NCBI GenBank assembly: GCA_964016885.1
Contig: OZ024745.1
Coordinates: 116,436,001 to 116,500,000, forward strand
Direction of reading: 5' to 3'
Length of the DNA: 64,000 nucleotides
Source of the DNA: Eledone cirrhosa
Lineage: Eukaryota
Part shown: positions 1-14,111 of the stretch, piece after piece
Position numbering within the stretch: the first letter of the stretch is position 1
How the letters are laid out: every line of letters begins with the position of its first letter
Position numbers and translations under genes: made by a program
The notes under the pieces: model-generated
Databases searched by the model: none
What the model saw: only the letters and a program-made list of their open reading frames with translations
Told to the model about the DNA's origin: nothing

Positions 1-835
1 AGTCACATACGTCAGCACTGTCAAACGATCCCATGGAGACGTCGAATAGGTCTGAAGTTGCAGACTTCTTTGCCCAGGCTACTTCGTCGTTGAAGAGTAG
101 GGCTTTTTCGGCAGTGAGCGATGATTTCCCTGTCTAAACCATCGACGGTGGTATAAGTGGTAGCGAAGTCCAACGCTTTGTTTAACAGGGTCTCTGAGAT
201 CGACGGGTAAAAATCGACAATGTCAAACTGTGTGAACTTAGCTTTTTTGGATTTTAAGGAGTTAAACCACTTAATTACGGAGTCGCTGTTCTCCCACTTG
301 GGCAGGTTGGACTTGGTCCTAATGATCTTAACTATGTTTCTAAGTATGGCCGTACTGATTAGTCCCATATCTGTGCGTGCCGGGTTTCTTAGTCTACATG
401 TGGGATTAGAAGTAAAGTCTACCTTGTGATCTTTCAGGGCGAGGGACGCCTCCCGCTTAGCTAGAGATTGTAGCTTCTTATCTACCTTAAGGTCGGCGGC
501 AAGTTCCTTGGCCTATGTATTAATGTCGTGGTAGGCCATAGGGTTAGCTTTCTTATAATTAGAAGTAATAGCGTTATGGACCAGGTGGGTGAAAGTGGTG
601 TTGTCGACTTCGTAAAATGATTAGTTTTGTCGGAAAGAACGAAGGTGTTATTAGAAGACCTAAATTTCTTAATATCATTTCTGAGTTTCGTTTAAAAGGT
701 GTTAGTGTGTTTGCGAAAGGAAATGTTAGCGACTAAGTCAAGAAGGTCCATCTCGAAAGGAGCAAGTTCATTTACCTTAGGAGGGTAGGCTCTAGATTTC
801 AGGTTGAATGTGTTGTTGGTGCCTGTAATTTTCCC
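1..835 (-). mobile_element. Penelope-like element reverse transcriptase fragment (decayed, runs off window start)
   Basis: Minus-strand translation gives W.NSDSVIKWF, KFTQFDIVDFYPSISETLLNKALDFA and IIAHCRKS, then FDVSMGSFDSADVCD after a frameshift at 1-46. These are PLE RT motifs. Confidence 0.85.
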
Positions 836-859
836 GTCATATATATATATATATATACG

Positions 860-1117
860 GAAAAAAGATGAAATCGAATATGCATCTGGAGTCTTTTTTT
901 ATTTAATATATATTTATTTGGTTCCTTTACATATTTCGCAGTTCTTCAACTTTTCAAATGTAGGATTGAGATGGAGGGTCTGTGGTTTACAGACCCTCCA
1001 TCTCAACTCACCTTTTGAAAAGCCGAAGAACTACGAAACCGGTAAAGGAACCAAATAAATATATATATTTTTTTTTTAAATAAGACTTCAGTTGCATTTT
1101 CGATTTCATCTCTTTTT
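860..1117. repeat. Fold-back palindrome (~125-bp arms, centre ~985)
   Basis: TTGAGATGGAGGGTCTGT..ACAGACCCTCCATCTCAA at the centre; the arms extend imperfectly to AAAAAAGATGAAATCGAA / TTCGATTTCATCTCTTTT. Confidence 0.85.
1011..1048 (+). ncRNA. Putative minimal hammerhead ribozyme, U3-A8 core variant, weak helix II
   Basis: CCTT-TTGAAAA-GCCGAAGAACTAC-GAAA-CCGG-TA^-AAGG: helix I CCTT/AAGG and palindromic helix III ACCGGT. Confidence 0.45.
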
Positions 1118-1179
1118 CTTTATACTTTCACTCGTGTAGGACACCTCGGTTATTTTTCATTTTGTAAAAAAAACCTCAC

Positions 1180-1556
<377 letters not shown>

Positions 1557-3149
1557 AATAAATGATCGATAAGCTTTTTAAAAGTCGTTACAATGCAGTA
1601 GAACATACAAAGGGCAAAGGATTCTTCACCGCTGAAAAATGAGGCTTTGCCCTGAAATATCAAATTTCATTGGGTAAAACATTATTTTCCTTTGTTTGGT
1701 TTTGTTTTATTTACCATTATATGCCCTTCGTAGGTTCTACTGCATTGGATCGGATTTTTAAAAAAAATCGAATATATTATTTGGCCATTTCATATAGAGA
1801 TATCAGGGCAACAAGAAACTGACCATCGATCCCATATTCCTAACTCAATAAGCGTCAATTCCTTGCAACTAGGTCGCTCTTTGGGCTTTCACCATTCCCC
1901 CAATCTCCACTTAATATTCTTAATGAAAATATGCTAATATCAATGCTAGTAAGGTAGGAATGTCTCTCTCTCTCTCTTTGTCAATAAATTGGTATAGCTT
2001 AATGATTCTTTAGAAAACTGTCCCAAATTACTTCAGAATAGGCATGAAATCTTGGAACTTTATACCAATAACTTCTGTAGTATCACAGAATACAAATCAC
2101 CACTTCGGACATGTATAGAAACAAATATTATGATGTGATTCCACTTCAATACCAGGGAAAATATATTTTCCACAAGAGAAAAAATTACGCACCGGATTTC
2201 CAATGTCATTTTTAATTAGTTGTCTGTTATAAAAGAAAGCGTAGAGTACAAAACATATGTTACAGAGATAAACTTTGAAGCTGAAAAAATTATAATTGCC
2301 TTCCCCTGTGATTTTCGTTATTGTAGAAATTATCCTGTTTGCAGTATTTTTTTAAAGATAATTCATGTGTCAGTCCATCTCAAGAGGCAGCTTTACTTCA
2401 TGATGAATGGCTTGCTGATACATTTCTAAGTTCTCATGTAGATTTTAGCATACATTTGAGCTTGATGGGCAATACATTTGAAATTGATGGCCAAGAGAGA
2501 AATCATTCAGTAACTTGCCCCTCATAAATAATTATCTGACAAAACCCGATGACCAACGAAAGATTATGAGCTCTCTACCTAATGGATGTTTGAAAGAAGA
2601 TGCAGTTTGTAGATGTCAAGTATAGAGAAAAAGACTTTGGAGTAAATATTATAGTGATGATTATAGATGAAAGGAGGTGTAAATTACTATACTTAATTTG
2701 GATATACTTTTGCATTGACAAATTCATATAAAATGTCTATAGAATATCTGGTAAGCTTTCACGCTCTTGCTAAAACTTTTGTGGCAGTTTTTAACCTTTC
2801 AGTGTTGCATTTAACATTTAAATACTGCATTTACAACTTATGTATTTTTCTATGTAACCTCGTAAATACTAGAATGTAGCATTTATATATTCATATATTT
2901 TTCATAGTAATATTTATGTATTTGCATTTAAGTATAACATGTTAGCTTTATGTATTTAAGTTTTGTATATTTGAATGACATGTCAATTACATGTATCAAG
3001 TGGATCTTGATCTTTACATTTAGTCATTTGCTGTGTTTGCTGAGTTGCTATATAATGGAGAAATTATAGAAGATGTATGTTTCAAATGTGAGAAGGGTAA
3101 GAATTTATGGAAACGAGACGTGAAGGTGTAGAGATTAGGAAAGCGCGGG

Positions 3150-3560
3150 AATTAGAATGTTTTGTGGATGGTGTATTTGCTGAGAGAAGAAAGTCGAGCA
3201 ATGTTTTGTGGATGGTGCATTGCTGAGAGGGAGAAAGACTAGCAATAATTTGTGGATGGTGCATTGCTGAGAGAGAGAAAGACGAGCAATGTTTTGCGTT
3301 GAATGTTGTGAAGAAAAGTGGAATGATACAGATGAGTCGTCTGTTGAAGAAGGGTGAATGCGATTGAATGAGAGAAGTGATGGAAATGAATGTGGAGAGA
3401 TGTAAATGAAAGAGAAGACTGACAAAGACAGGCCCGGAGGTGATGAAGGAAGAAATTAAAGCCAGGGTTTGAGGATGTGAGTGCAATTCACTGTTGAGAG
3501 GCTTTAGCGGAGAATTAACATTCTTGCTGCTATTATTGTTGTTGTTATTGTTATTGTACA
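3150..3560 (+). mobile_element. Degenerate LINE-like 3' fragment with ~50-bp internal tandem and (TTG/TTA)n tail
   Basis: Three copies of TTTGTGGATGGTG(C/T)ATT(T)GCTGAGAG; a purine-rich stretch loosely resembling an RTE C-terminus; simple-repeat tail at 3531-3556. Confidence 0.3.
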
Positions 3561-4214
3561 AAGAACCCATGAAACCTGTAGTGCCTCGGTCTCACAAAGT
3601 GAACATCTGTGTGTTTATATTTGTGTATACAGAAAACAGCTATTTTGAAAGTATTGAAATTATAATTGTATTCTGATTTTATTTTTCATCAAATTTTCCT
3701 GTAGATTTGTAGTAGGACTAGAGGTATAGATATTGCATTTGAGAAACTGCAGGGAACTCAGAAGGAAATATCTGTGTTGCAACTTGGCAGTGCACACTTA
3801 CTTATGTCTGGGGGCTGAAGTAGAGAAGATAATGTATTCAGAGAAGATTTTTTCTAGATATCATCTAACGTAAATTTGACTGGCTAATCTTAAATAGAGT
3901 TAGCATTAACAGCGTGATTAATCAGAATACAGGCGTTCCTAAACACTAGTACAATAATCTTATGTACAATAGATGTCAGTCTGTAAACCATTTCTCATAC
4001 ATCTTAATTCTGAATCACGCTGCATCAGTGGTATCGCTAATTAAAATTATCAAGTCAAGCATACATTACACGTGAACAAATATTCGCCAGGTATGTATGT
4101 ATTTAAAAACATTTTTTTTTTAGTCGATTTACTTTCATCAAATCAGACCGAGAAGACAATGTTTCCATTGGTCTTTCCAATTGCTAATACTATCTGTCGG
4201 TCGCAACTTCAGAT

Positions 4215-4274
4215 AGAAGGAGCAACGTGAAATGAAGTGCCTTGCTCAAGGACATAACGCACGCCTGGTCCGGG

Positions 4275-4278
<4 letters not shown>
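4215..4278. mobile_element. SINE fragment
   Basis: GAGCAACGTGAAATGAAGTGCCTTGCTCAAGGACATAACGC..CCGGGAAT resembles CORE-type SINE segments; truncated at (TA)n. Confidence 0.5.
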
Positions 4279-5273
<995 letters not shown>

Positions 5274-7739
5274 TTTAAACGGAAAATAAGTAGACAACAA
5301 CGATACAGTAGAATAAAGACATATATTAGTTTAACGCTTTATATTCTCCTCTTGAAAAAGGGAGAGAATGGAAGAGAACATTATTGAATAATGTTTCCAG
5401 TTCCATTATGCTTTCAGGAATACGACTCAGCAGAATTATCAATGAACATAAAACATATGGTTTAGAGCGATTACTATATATGAATCTCCTAACTAGCCAG
5501 CGTATTCATAGATCAATGGCACTTAGACGGAATTTGAGAGATATAGATATCGGATTTTTTGTAATGGTTAATGGCCGCTATTTTTAGTGAAATAGGGGTG
5601 TTTTACCAGATTGTCTAGGTTATTATTTCTAGCATTCGACTGCTTGTACAGCTATTTTCTTCGTATGGGACATTTACTATATTTATAACTACCCAATTAT
5701 TTGATAGGTCGATATATTACATTCAATGTTGATAACATCCAAAATATCTTTCATTTAGATTTCTGCTTTAGACAGAACTTGTTGTCAGAGGTTTCTTAAC
5801 TCAATGTTAAAACTACTCAAGGAAGTGGGGATCGATTGACGCATAACTCCTTAAGGAAGTTTCTTAATATATGTTCTTCCTACTTGGAGAAATAAAAGAA
5901 AATTGTGTAACCCTAAGCATGGACATAAATCAAAAGAGGGAGCTAATCGAAATAACCCAAGTTGTGACTTTTAGTAGCTAACTTATGTGTTAGGAATTTA
6001 CAATGGATTGCTATTTACCTCTTAGTTGAACGAATAAATCCAAAAGAAAAGTGATGTTAGTAATGTTTCGTATGAATTAGTCTTACTGATTTAATGTTTG
6101 TGTCTAAGGAGGAAAACCTATCTTCGTTAGATTGAATGCTTACTACTATTGACATGTTTCAATCGACTTGACATTCATCAGTATACATTAGTCTACTGAA
6201 GCATGCCTCGATCAGTTGACCGAGATATTTACCTATGTAATACGTATTAAAACGACATTTGCCTAGTAGTATTTGTACACATGTGCTTAAAAATTTAATC
6301 AACAAGGCCTAGTTTGCAAAGTAGGCCTTTAATATGAATTTTGATAATTTATGAAAGGTTCATTTAATGAAAAAATTCGAAATTCTTAAGGAATTGCAAT
6401 GTAACGCATTATAGGAGAAAGTGTAAAACATAATGTTAATTGTTTGTGACTTTCAAAGTAAAAGGATGCTGGTTTCAAGAAGTTAAGAATCAATATATTC
6501 TTATATCGTTCTCTGTGCGCGAGTGTATACATCTAGACAAATAGATTTGCTATTTTCCTTGAAATTAATAGGTAAAATAACACTTTAACACTGTAAGTAG
6601 ATAGATACTATAACTCCCTAAGGTTCTGCTCTAACTGCTTTTAATAAATTATATATTTGTTTAATCTATAGATTTGTTTTCCAGCTCCAAAAGCATGAAC
6701 TTTGCTTCAAATTTCCCTATTTTATTTCCTCACATTGACATATCTTCCTTCCAAATCGATAGAATTATATTAGTAGTTATTCGAGGCTTACAAAACAAGG
6801 ATATTTTATATTTATTTTAATGTTTTGCCCATGAGTCAATGCAAGTAGCTACTAAATTGTAGATAATATGCCGAATAAATAAATAAATAAAATTCACTTT
6901 AGTTAGATTTATACTGAAGAAAGAATTGGATTTCTGGAAGCATATCCATTACTGATTTTTAATTGATAACCCTAACATCACTGGATTTTCTTTTCAACAG
7001 CACAATAAAAACCAAAATTGATACCACTTTGCAAAGTCCTATAACACATTATACCAAAACCAGAGCTTTTAAATATAGAGCCATGAATAGATTTCCCCGT
7101 ATTATATTCGCATGGAAAACAATTTCACATGCGTTTAATTGCACTAGGTTTAATTAATAAGGGAATTGGTATTTACGCAAGAATAAACAAGCTCAAGCAT
7201 AGTGTATCTTTATGGTTATGCCTACGTTAGGAAGCATTTTGTCACAATATATTTTACATTAACTTAGAAGAACCGTTGAAATCCTAAGCATACCATTGAA
7301 TATTTCGCCACGAGCTTTGATATACCAGTAAAATACAATGCTTTCAATAGAGCACCCTCATAACCTAACACCTTGCACCCCCAACGACTAAACCTGCTGT
7401 GATTTTTGTTTTATATATTACGAACTAACTTTCGAGGCATTAATTAATGCAATGTATAAAATCTTAATATATTAAATAATGCGATTGCGTCGAAAGCAGA
7501 GTTTATAATTTCTGAATATTTAGATGCCTCTAACGCAAATCCACTAATCCATTCTATCAGAATTGATGTATATATACATATATAATATAGGGGGGGTGCT
7601 TCCCTCTCTCTCTCTTCCCCTGACTCTCCCCCCCCCCCTCTCTCTCTCTTTGAAACAGTGAGCAGGTTTGAAATTAGAAAATAGAATAGCTTTCACCGTA
7701 TTTTTTTACTAAACTATTTTACTAAACTTATTTTACTAA

Positions 7740-8281
7740 ACTTATTTTACGTCTCTCATATTATTGTTCTGCATCCCCATGCATTGAACCACAAAGTTAC
7801 TAAGACAAAACCTATATATTTGCTGGCATAGGTATGCATCTGTATATATATGTTAGTAAATATACTAATTCTTTATAATTATCTCCAAATTATTTTGTCG
7901 AGCCAAAATTAGCCAAAACTGCTACTATAGTTCATAGTAACAGTCCGGCTGCTGTCTTCTTAACAAACCACTCTTCACTGATTGACCTCGATGTCACGTG
8001 ATTGATTCTTTTGAATTTGCCACCGACGCAGTAGGCAGTGATTTTTTCAATGGCTTGGAACCTAGCCCACGCTTTGCTTTTTTCCATCCGCTGAATTATT
8101 TTTGTATAAGTTCCCTGTGTCCACGTATTGCCTGGAAACTTAGCTGAGAATAGACTTCCCTGATGACGAAAGGCTTCTCCGTACGTTTCTTCGGAAACTA
8201 CGTTTATTCCCTTTCAGAAACTAATTAGTTGGAGTGAAATGTTAGTAAGTAAGTTATTTTTTATAATTTTCTTATTTTAGG

Positions 8282-8290
<9 letters not shown>
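7740..8290 (+). mobile_element. ~530-bp HHR-bearing repeat (family C) with short terminal direct repeat
   Basis: Homologous to 42474-43080. CTTATTTTA(C/G)GTCTCTCATA occurs at both ends; the element ends in (TA)n. Confidence 0.8.
8155..8235 (+). ncRNA. Type I hammerhead ribozyme (family C)
   Basis: TTCC-CTGATGA-C-GAAAGG..CCTTTC-A-GAAA-CTAATTAG-TT^-GGAG, with palindromic helix III. Confidence 0.7.
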
Positions 8291-8356
<66 letters not shown>

Positions 8357-8357
<1 letters not shown>

Positions 8358-10205
8358 CGCGGGTAAAATTCCCGAGATCCATGGACGAGTTCTCTCCAGT
8401 GGTCTCTGTCCCTCGTTATCGCTGCCATGTCCTGCGTCTCAAACAGACCGGTGTCTGACCTTAGGGCATCAACATACGTTAACCTTGGTCTTCCTCTTCC
8501 AGTGTATCCATGTAGGGGCTCCCACTGGTGTACTGAGTGCAATGTCAACTCTGGATGTCGGTGAGCATGTCCAGTTAACCTCAGTCCCCTCTGTGTCACT
8601 TTTAATCCGACTTTTTGGAGGCTCCCATACAGCTCTGAGTTTTTCATCCTCAGTGTATACTGATTAATGTTCAGAGCCATCCTCAGCATTCTCGAGTAGC
8701 ACCCATCCACCATCTGAGTGAGTTTCTTGGTCAGTGTCCAAGTCTCAGACCCGTACAGCAGAACAGACTCCACTACAGCAATGAAGAGGCGGAATTTCAG
8801 GTCTTTACCAAGGTCCGACTTCCACACCGATCTCAAGCTGTGGCACGCCGCCCAGGCTTTGCTCTTCCTCTCAACCACATCATCTTCCGCATTCCCAATC
8901 TTTGCTCCCAAATACAGGAAGTCTTCAACCAATTCTAGCGTCTTCCCGCCAACATTAGTGATCCCCTCTGGATTCTCAACATTCTCTACCATATATTTTG
9001 TTTCAGTCTCATTCATTCTCAGACCCACACTCATCGACACAATCTCAACCTCCTGCATCAAATCCTCTGCCCCCTTCACTGTATTTGTCACCAAAACTAT
9101 GTCGTCGGCAAATTCAGCATCTGATACCTTTTACGCCTTAACTCTCCTGCTCTGAGCCGGTGCTACAGTAAAGCCAGAGTCCTGGTGTTTCTCCAATGCA
9201 AGGCGCATACAATAGTCCACTACGATGATAAAAAGGTATGGAGCCAATGTATCTCCCTGGAGCACTCCAGCCAGTATCTCAAAGAACTCTGTCATCCCAT
9301 CAGGTGTAATGACTTGGGCTTTGGTGTTGGTGTAGAGCAGTGATATCAGGTCCACTATCTTCTTGGGGATTCCATAAGCCTGTAAGATCTTCATCAGGCA
9401 GTGACGGTCCACAGAATCAAAGGCCTTCCTAAAGTCAATGAAAACAATGACCGCAGGAAGGCACTTTGCTCTAGCTCCCTCTAATATCTTCCTCAGCATC
9501 AGGATGTGACTGGTGGTTGATCTTCCCTCTCTGAAGCCGTTCTGGTTGTCCCTGAGCTTCTTCTCCATCTCATGCTTGATCCTGTTAAGAATCATCCTGT
9601 TGAGATTCATTGCCACAAGTGACACCAGTGAGATCCCCCTGTAGTTGTTGGTGTTAGAGAGATCTCCCTTTTTGGCACTGGGAATATGTTACTGATCCTC
9701 CACTGATTCGGGGCAACTGCTTTCTCCAGTGCCTGGTTACAGAACCCTGGGATGATATCATCAAAATCACACCTCTTCATCACCTCTGATGCCACTCCAT
9801 CTTCTCCATGAGCCTTGCCCTCCATGATCCGCTTCTTGGCTTTCTGAAGCTCCTCTCTGGTGAAGGGCTCTGTCTCAATATCCAGTTCCTAAAACAGCCG
9901 CCTGATCTCCCCAGTGCTCTGGGCTGTTGACGGTGGCTCTCCTAGTAGGGTCCTAAAATGGTCTAGCCATTTCCTCTTCCTATCCTCGGGCCCCTTTCCC
10001 TGATCTGATTCGAACACCTTCTCTTCCTCTCTGTGATCTCCTTACATGCAGATCTGTCAACCGCTCTCTCCACATTTCTGATCTTCTCTATCAGTGCTTC
10101 CTCTCTGGCCTCAGTGTAAGCGGTACAAAGTTCTTCCCTCATCACCTCCATAGTCTCCATCCCCTCTTCCGTAGGATTAGCATAGAATTGGTCCTTGGCA
10201 GCTTT
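8357..10205 (-). mobile_element. RTE-clade LINE, 5'-truncated decayed copy
   Basis: ORFs 9131-9625 and 8261-9094 contain QNGFREGRST, FIDFRKAFDSV, GVLQGDTLAPYLF, LLYGSETW and GRGRPRLTY. Closely similar to 15540-17414, with stops and frameshifts. Confidence 0.95.
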
Positions 10206-10233
10206 AGGGTTAGGGTTAGGGTTAGGATTAGGG

Positions 10234-10236
<3 letters not shown>
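10204..10236 (+). repeat. Interstitial telomeric repeat (TTAGGG)5
   Basis: TTAGGG x3, TTAGGA, TTAGGG, TTA directly at the LINE truncation point. Confidence 0.9.
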
Positions 10237-10284
<48 letters not shown>

Positions 10285-10419
10285 CAAAAGGGATATTTAA
10301 TTTGTTGGTAATTCAACAAATATAAATATTTATAGCTACGCAAGTAACAGACCTCGTTGGATTATTTATTAATAAGGTGCAGCATAGAAATATGCCAGAG
10401 ATGACCGGAGGTTTATATG

Positions 10420-11580
10420 TTACTTTTAATCGAAAACCATAACAATAGTGAAATTAATAGGAAAAAGAAAACCATAATATAGTTTTTCAACAACTATAAA
10501 CTTAATTTAGAAATCGAGAATAATTATAAAATCGTTAACTTCTTAGATGGAACCTTAAACCTTAGTTCGGGTCTTTATTATCCATTCCATAAAATTAATG
10601 AAAATCTAAATTACGTAAGTTTCAATTCTAATCATCCTAGAAATATAAAAAATACTATTGTCAATAGCGTCCAGCAACGGATTTCACGCATCTCTGCTAA
10701 TAAAAAATATTTTTAATAAGGCATAATATTACAATGAGGCTTAACATAGAGCAGGATGCTCGAATAAAATGAAATACTTAGACAACAATAACATGATAAA
10801 TCATCCTAGAATTCATTATAATAACAACAAGCATTTCAACTTAAATAGTAAACCAAACAAAAAAACTAGAACTAGAAATATTATTTGATACTCTCCCTCA
10901 TTCTCATTAGGCGTTAAAACACCTTTAGCTAAGCTGTTGGGTAAGTGTTTTCCTAAAGCCCACAGATACCACTCTATTTTTAACAGACACACTATAAAAC
11001 TATCCTACTCTACTACTTTGAACATAGCACAACATATAAATAGAATTAATAATAGAAACTTAAATTTAAACCCTAACCATACAAACCAAGCTAGCAATAA
11101 AAATATTTCTAATAACAATATTCATCATAATAGTACCGTTTCTAATAACAACACCAGCAAATGTAACTGTAGAATTGAATCAAACTGCCCTTTACAAAAC
11201 AATTGCTTAGACAAAACTTAATTTATAAATGCACAGTAAAAACTGGAGACAAAATATTTAACTGTATAGGTGCCACTTCTACAAAATTCAAAGAACGCTG
11301 GTACAACCACAAACATACATTTAATAGGTCCGATAAAAAATCTTCAACTTCACTTTCACATTTAATTTGGGATTTAAATGACAACAATATAGACTATTCA
11401 ATATCTTGGGGAACGATTTCGAAAGCACCTGCATACCGAAATATGGCGTTCTCAAGAATCTGTCATTTGTGTATCGAGAACATTTTTTATATAATTAACT
11501 GTCAAAACTATATTAATTTAAAAACAGAATGATTCAGTTCTTGCAGACATCGACAAAAATCCACTTTCCGAAGTATTTTT
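10420..11580 (+). mobile_element. Penelope-like element remnant: RT thumb, Cys-rich linker and GIY-YIG endonuclease (Neptune-like)
   Basis: VNFLDGTLNL..YVSFNSNHP; IFNRHTIKLSYS; CNCRIESNCPLQNNCL; LIYKCTV..CIGATSTKFKERWYNHKHTF; TSLSHLIWDL; ICHLC. Frameshifted. Confidence 0.9.
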
Positions 11581-11764
11581 ATAATATTCATTACACTTGA
11601 CTACATCTTATATATCTTTAAAATGATCCTCTTATTTACTGAGCTTTTCTTTAAAAAATATAAATTTTTAAAATGATCTTATTTCTTAAATTTAGTATTT
11701 TTACAAATTGATATTTTTTTCCTAATGATACTCTTCTTAATGTATTTTTTAGATTCACATATAT

Positions 11765-12240
11765 ATAAATGGAAAAAATTAACTTTCATTTCTCACTCTT
11801 AGTACCGATGATACTTAAATGTAAGTATGTATACGTACATACATGTATGTATACAGACGTACAGTAGTATGTATATACATACATACACACATATATACAT
11901 GTACGTATGGGTTTACCGAACATTTATTATAATGCTCGGTTTGTTTGTAAACAAACAGCCCGAATTATTAACCGTACAGTGTTCGGCAACCATCGCGGGC
12001 CTATTTGTTCAACACTGCAAAGGAACGATGAACTAGTTTCTAGCTTATTAGCTGTCATCAGCAACGTATACCTTTCTCTCAGTTGTTTGAATGTTTGAGA
12101 GTATATACTTTCCTTATGCATATTAACGGCTGCGCAGCCTAATTTGCATATCGAGTGAGTTAGTCGGCCGGGCGTAACGAAAACGATAAATGGAAAAAAT
12201 GAAATTTCATTTCTTACTCTTAGTACGGCTGTACTAAGAA
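11765..12240 (-). mobile_element. Diverged solo copy (1 unit plus ~50-bp terminal repeat) of the 479-bp family A
   Basis: Colinear with the 24437 unit (TTTCATTTCTCACTCTTAGTA, GCAGCCTAATTTGCATAT). Its start is repeated at 12186-12235. Confidence 0.85.
12025..12067 (-). ncRNA. Minimal hammerhead ribozyme (family A, diverged)
   Basis: rc: ACGTTG-CTGATGA-C-AGCT-AATA-AGCT-A-GAAA-CTAG-TT^-CATCGT. Confidence 0.75.
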
Positions 12241-12827
12241 TGAGTCTTACTTTATATATTACAACCCCTCCCACTTACTTTCTCTTTGCCTTAATTTTTT
12301 ATTCTTTTCTTATATATTATTTCATTTATTCATCATATTTTATATTTGTATCGACCTTCCGTCTGACACTGCGTTGACTTCATACACTCCTCCTTTGTAT
12401 ATATCACATAAATGTATGTGGTTGTGCATGTGTGTATGTTTATACGCGTGCCTCCTTTCATCGTTGTATGTGTATATATTTCAGCCCTTAGTCCCTGAGT
12501 CTGTAGATACGCTAACTCTATTATCTTACAATTTCTATTTTCAACATATATATATATGTAATTGTGGTCACACATACACTAATATGTTTGCCCTCATGTA
12601 TGTACTTACGCACACATTTGTTCACTATACACATGCAGTTGTACATACACACACATGTACATATGTACATATGTATGTGCATATACACACATTTACACAC
12701 ATCCCCTTACTATATTTCTTTATTTTTATTTTTATACATTTCTTGTATTATTACTTTTATTTATGTTTTGCTCGTTAAACTTTTAGCCTTTCTTGAGGAG
12801 ATTTTTCAAATAATCCACTATGTTTTA

Positions 12828-12905
12828 AATTGCCTTTTCTGACGAACGAATGCGGACGTTTCTTGTATCCGTCTCATTCGGGAAACCTCTGGTAATGAGG
12901 TAATT
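12828..12905 (+). ncRNA. Type I hammerhead ribozyme (family H)
   Basis: AATTGCCTTTT-CTGACGA-A-CGAATG-CGGA..TCCG..CATTCG-G-GAAA-CCTCTGG-TA^-ATGAGGTAATT. Confidence 0.7.
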
Positions 12906-13004
12906 ATATTGTATTGTTTATTATACATTAAATATTTAGCTCTGTAAACTTACATAGAGCACTCTTCATTCCTCTGACTTTTTCAACGGAAACTTCAACA
13001 CATA

Positions 13005-13100
<96 letters not shown>

Positions 13101-13934
13101 GTGTATGTGTGTGCTCTCCATAATATTAGATCGAGGTTGACCATACGGAATGACCAGCTCTATCCAGTGGTGAACTAACAAACCCAAATATATATATATA
13201 TATATATTTTTTTTTTTATTCATAGTAATGTGCTGTAGTTTCTATAGTAATGTTCTATAGTAATGTGCTAGGATGGTTTGACGTTATATTTCTGTAGTTG
13301 AACAACTTAGATTTTCCATACTTAATGGCATTATTTCGGATTTTTTTTTAATGTAATGAATTTTTTAGCTGCTTGTTGTGGATTTTCTTGGTGAGATTAT
13401 AATAAGGCTTTATTATTAAATAACTGGTTTTGAAAATGTATTAAATTAATCTATTTATTTATTTAAATATATATTTTGGAAGTATTTTTAATATAATGTG
13501 TGAATTATAAAAAATGTGTTAAAGTGATAGGATATCTTTCACATTTTGAATTAATATTCTCTCACTTTAACACATTTATTTATAATTGACACATTATATT
13601 ATAAATACTTCCAAAATATATAATTAAATAATTAAATAAATAAAAATAAATATAATTATTTCATTCTCTCTACACCCTTGCAAATATGTTTTGGAAATTA
13701 TATACGTACATTCCTATAATTATTCTGTAAGAAGCTTTAATATTTTTTTCTTAAAACCTTTTCTTAAATTTCCTAATAATTATTTAAATATACCTAGCGT
13801 CTAAACATAACGATCTTTTTCAGTTGTAACGTTATCCTCATTAATATATTCATCTCGAGGTTTGAAGTTTTAGAATAGAACTCACAACATTAAGTTCTTG
13901 TCTGAATATGTCACTGTCTGTAAACCAATTTTTG

Positions 13935-13995
13935 TATTTTATCTGATGAGAGCGTACCAAAATTTTGGTACCCTTGAAATATATATAATAAAATA
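13935..13995 (+). ncRNA. Minimal hammerhead ribozyme (family B)
   Basis: TATTTTAT-CTGATGA-GAGCGTACCAAAATTTTGGTACCCTT-GAAA-TATATA-TA^-ATAAAATA, with a perfect 8-bp helix I. Confidence 0.8.
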
Positions 13996-14036
13996 AATAT
14001 GGTTTTATAAAGATAGCTTCCATTTATTAATATTAT

Positions 14037-14106
<70 letters not shown>

Positions 14107-14111
<5 letters not shown>

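Noticed and set aside
1585-1680. GGGCAAAG..CTTTGCCC hairpin followed by GAAA
   Set aside because: No CUGANGA or UUGANAA 5' of the hairpin.
2220-2700. Possible host exon(s)
   Set aside because: Short ORFs with no recognisable domain or convincing splice structure.
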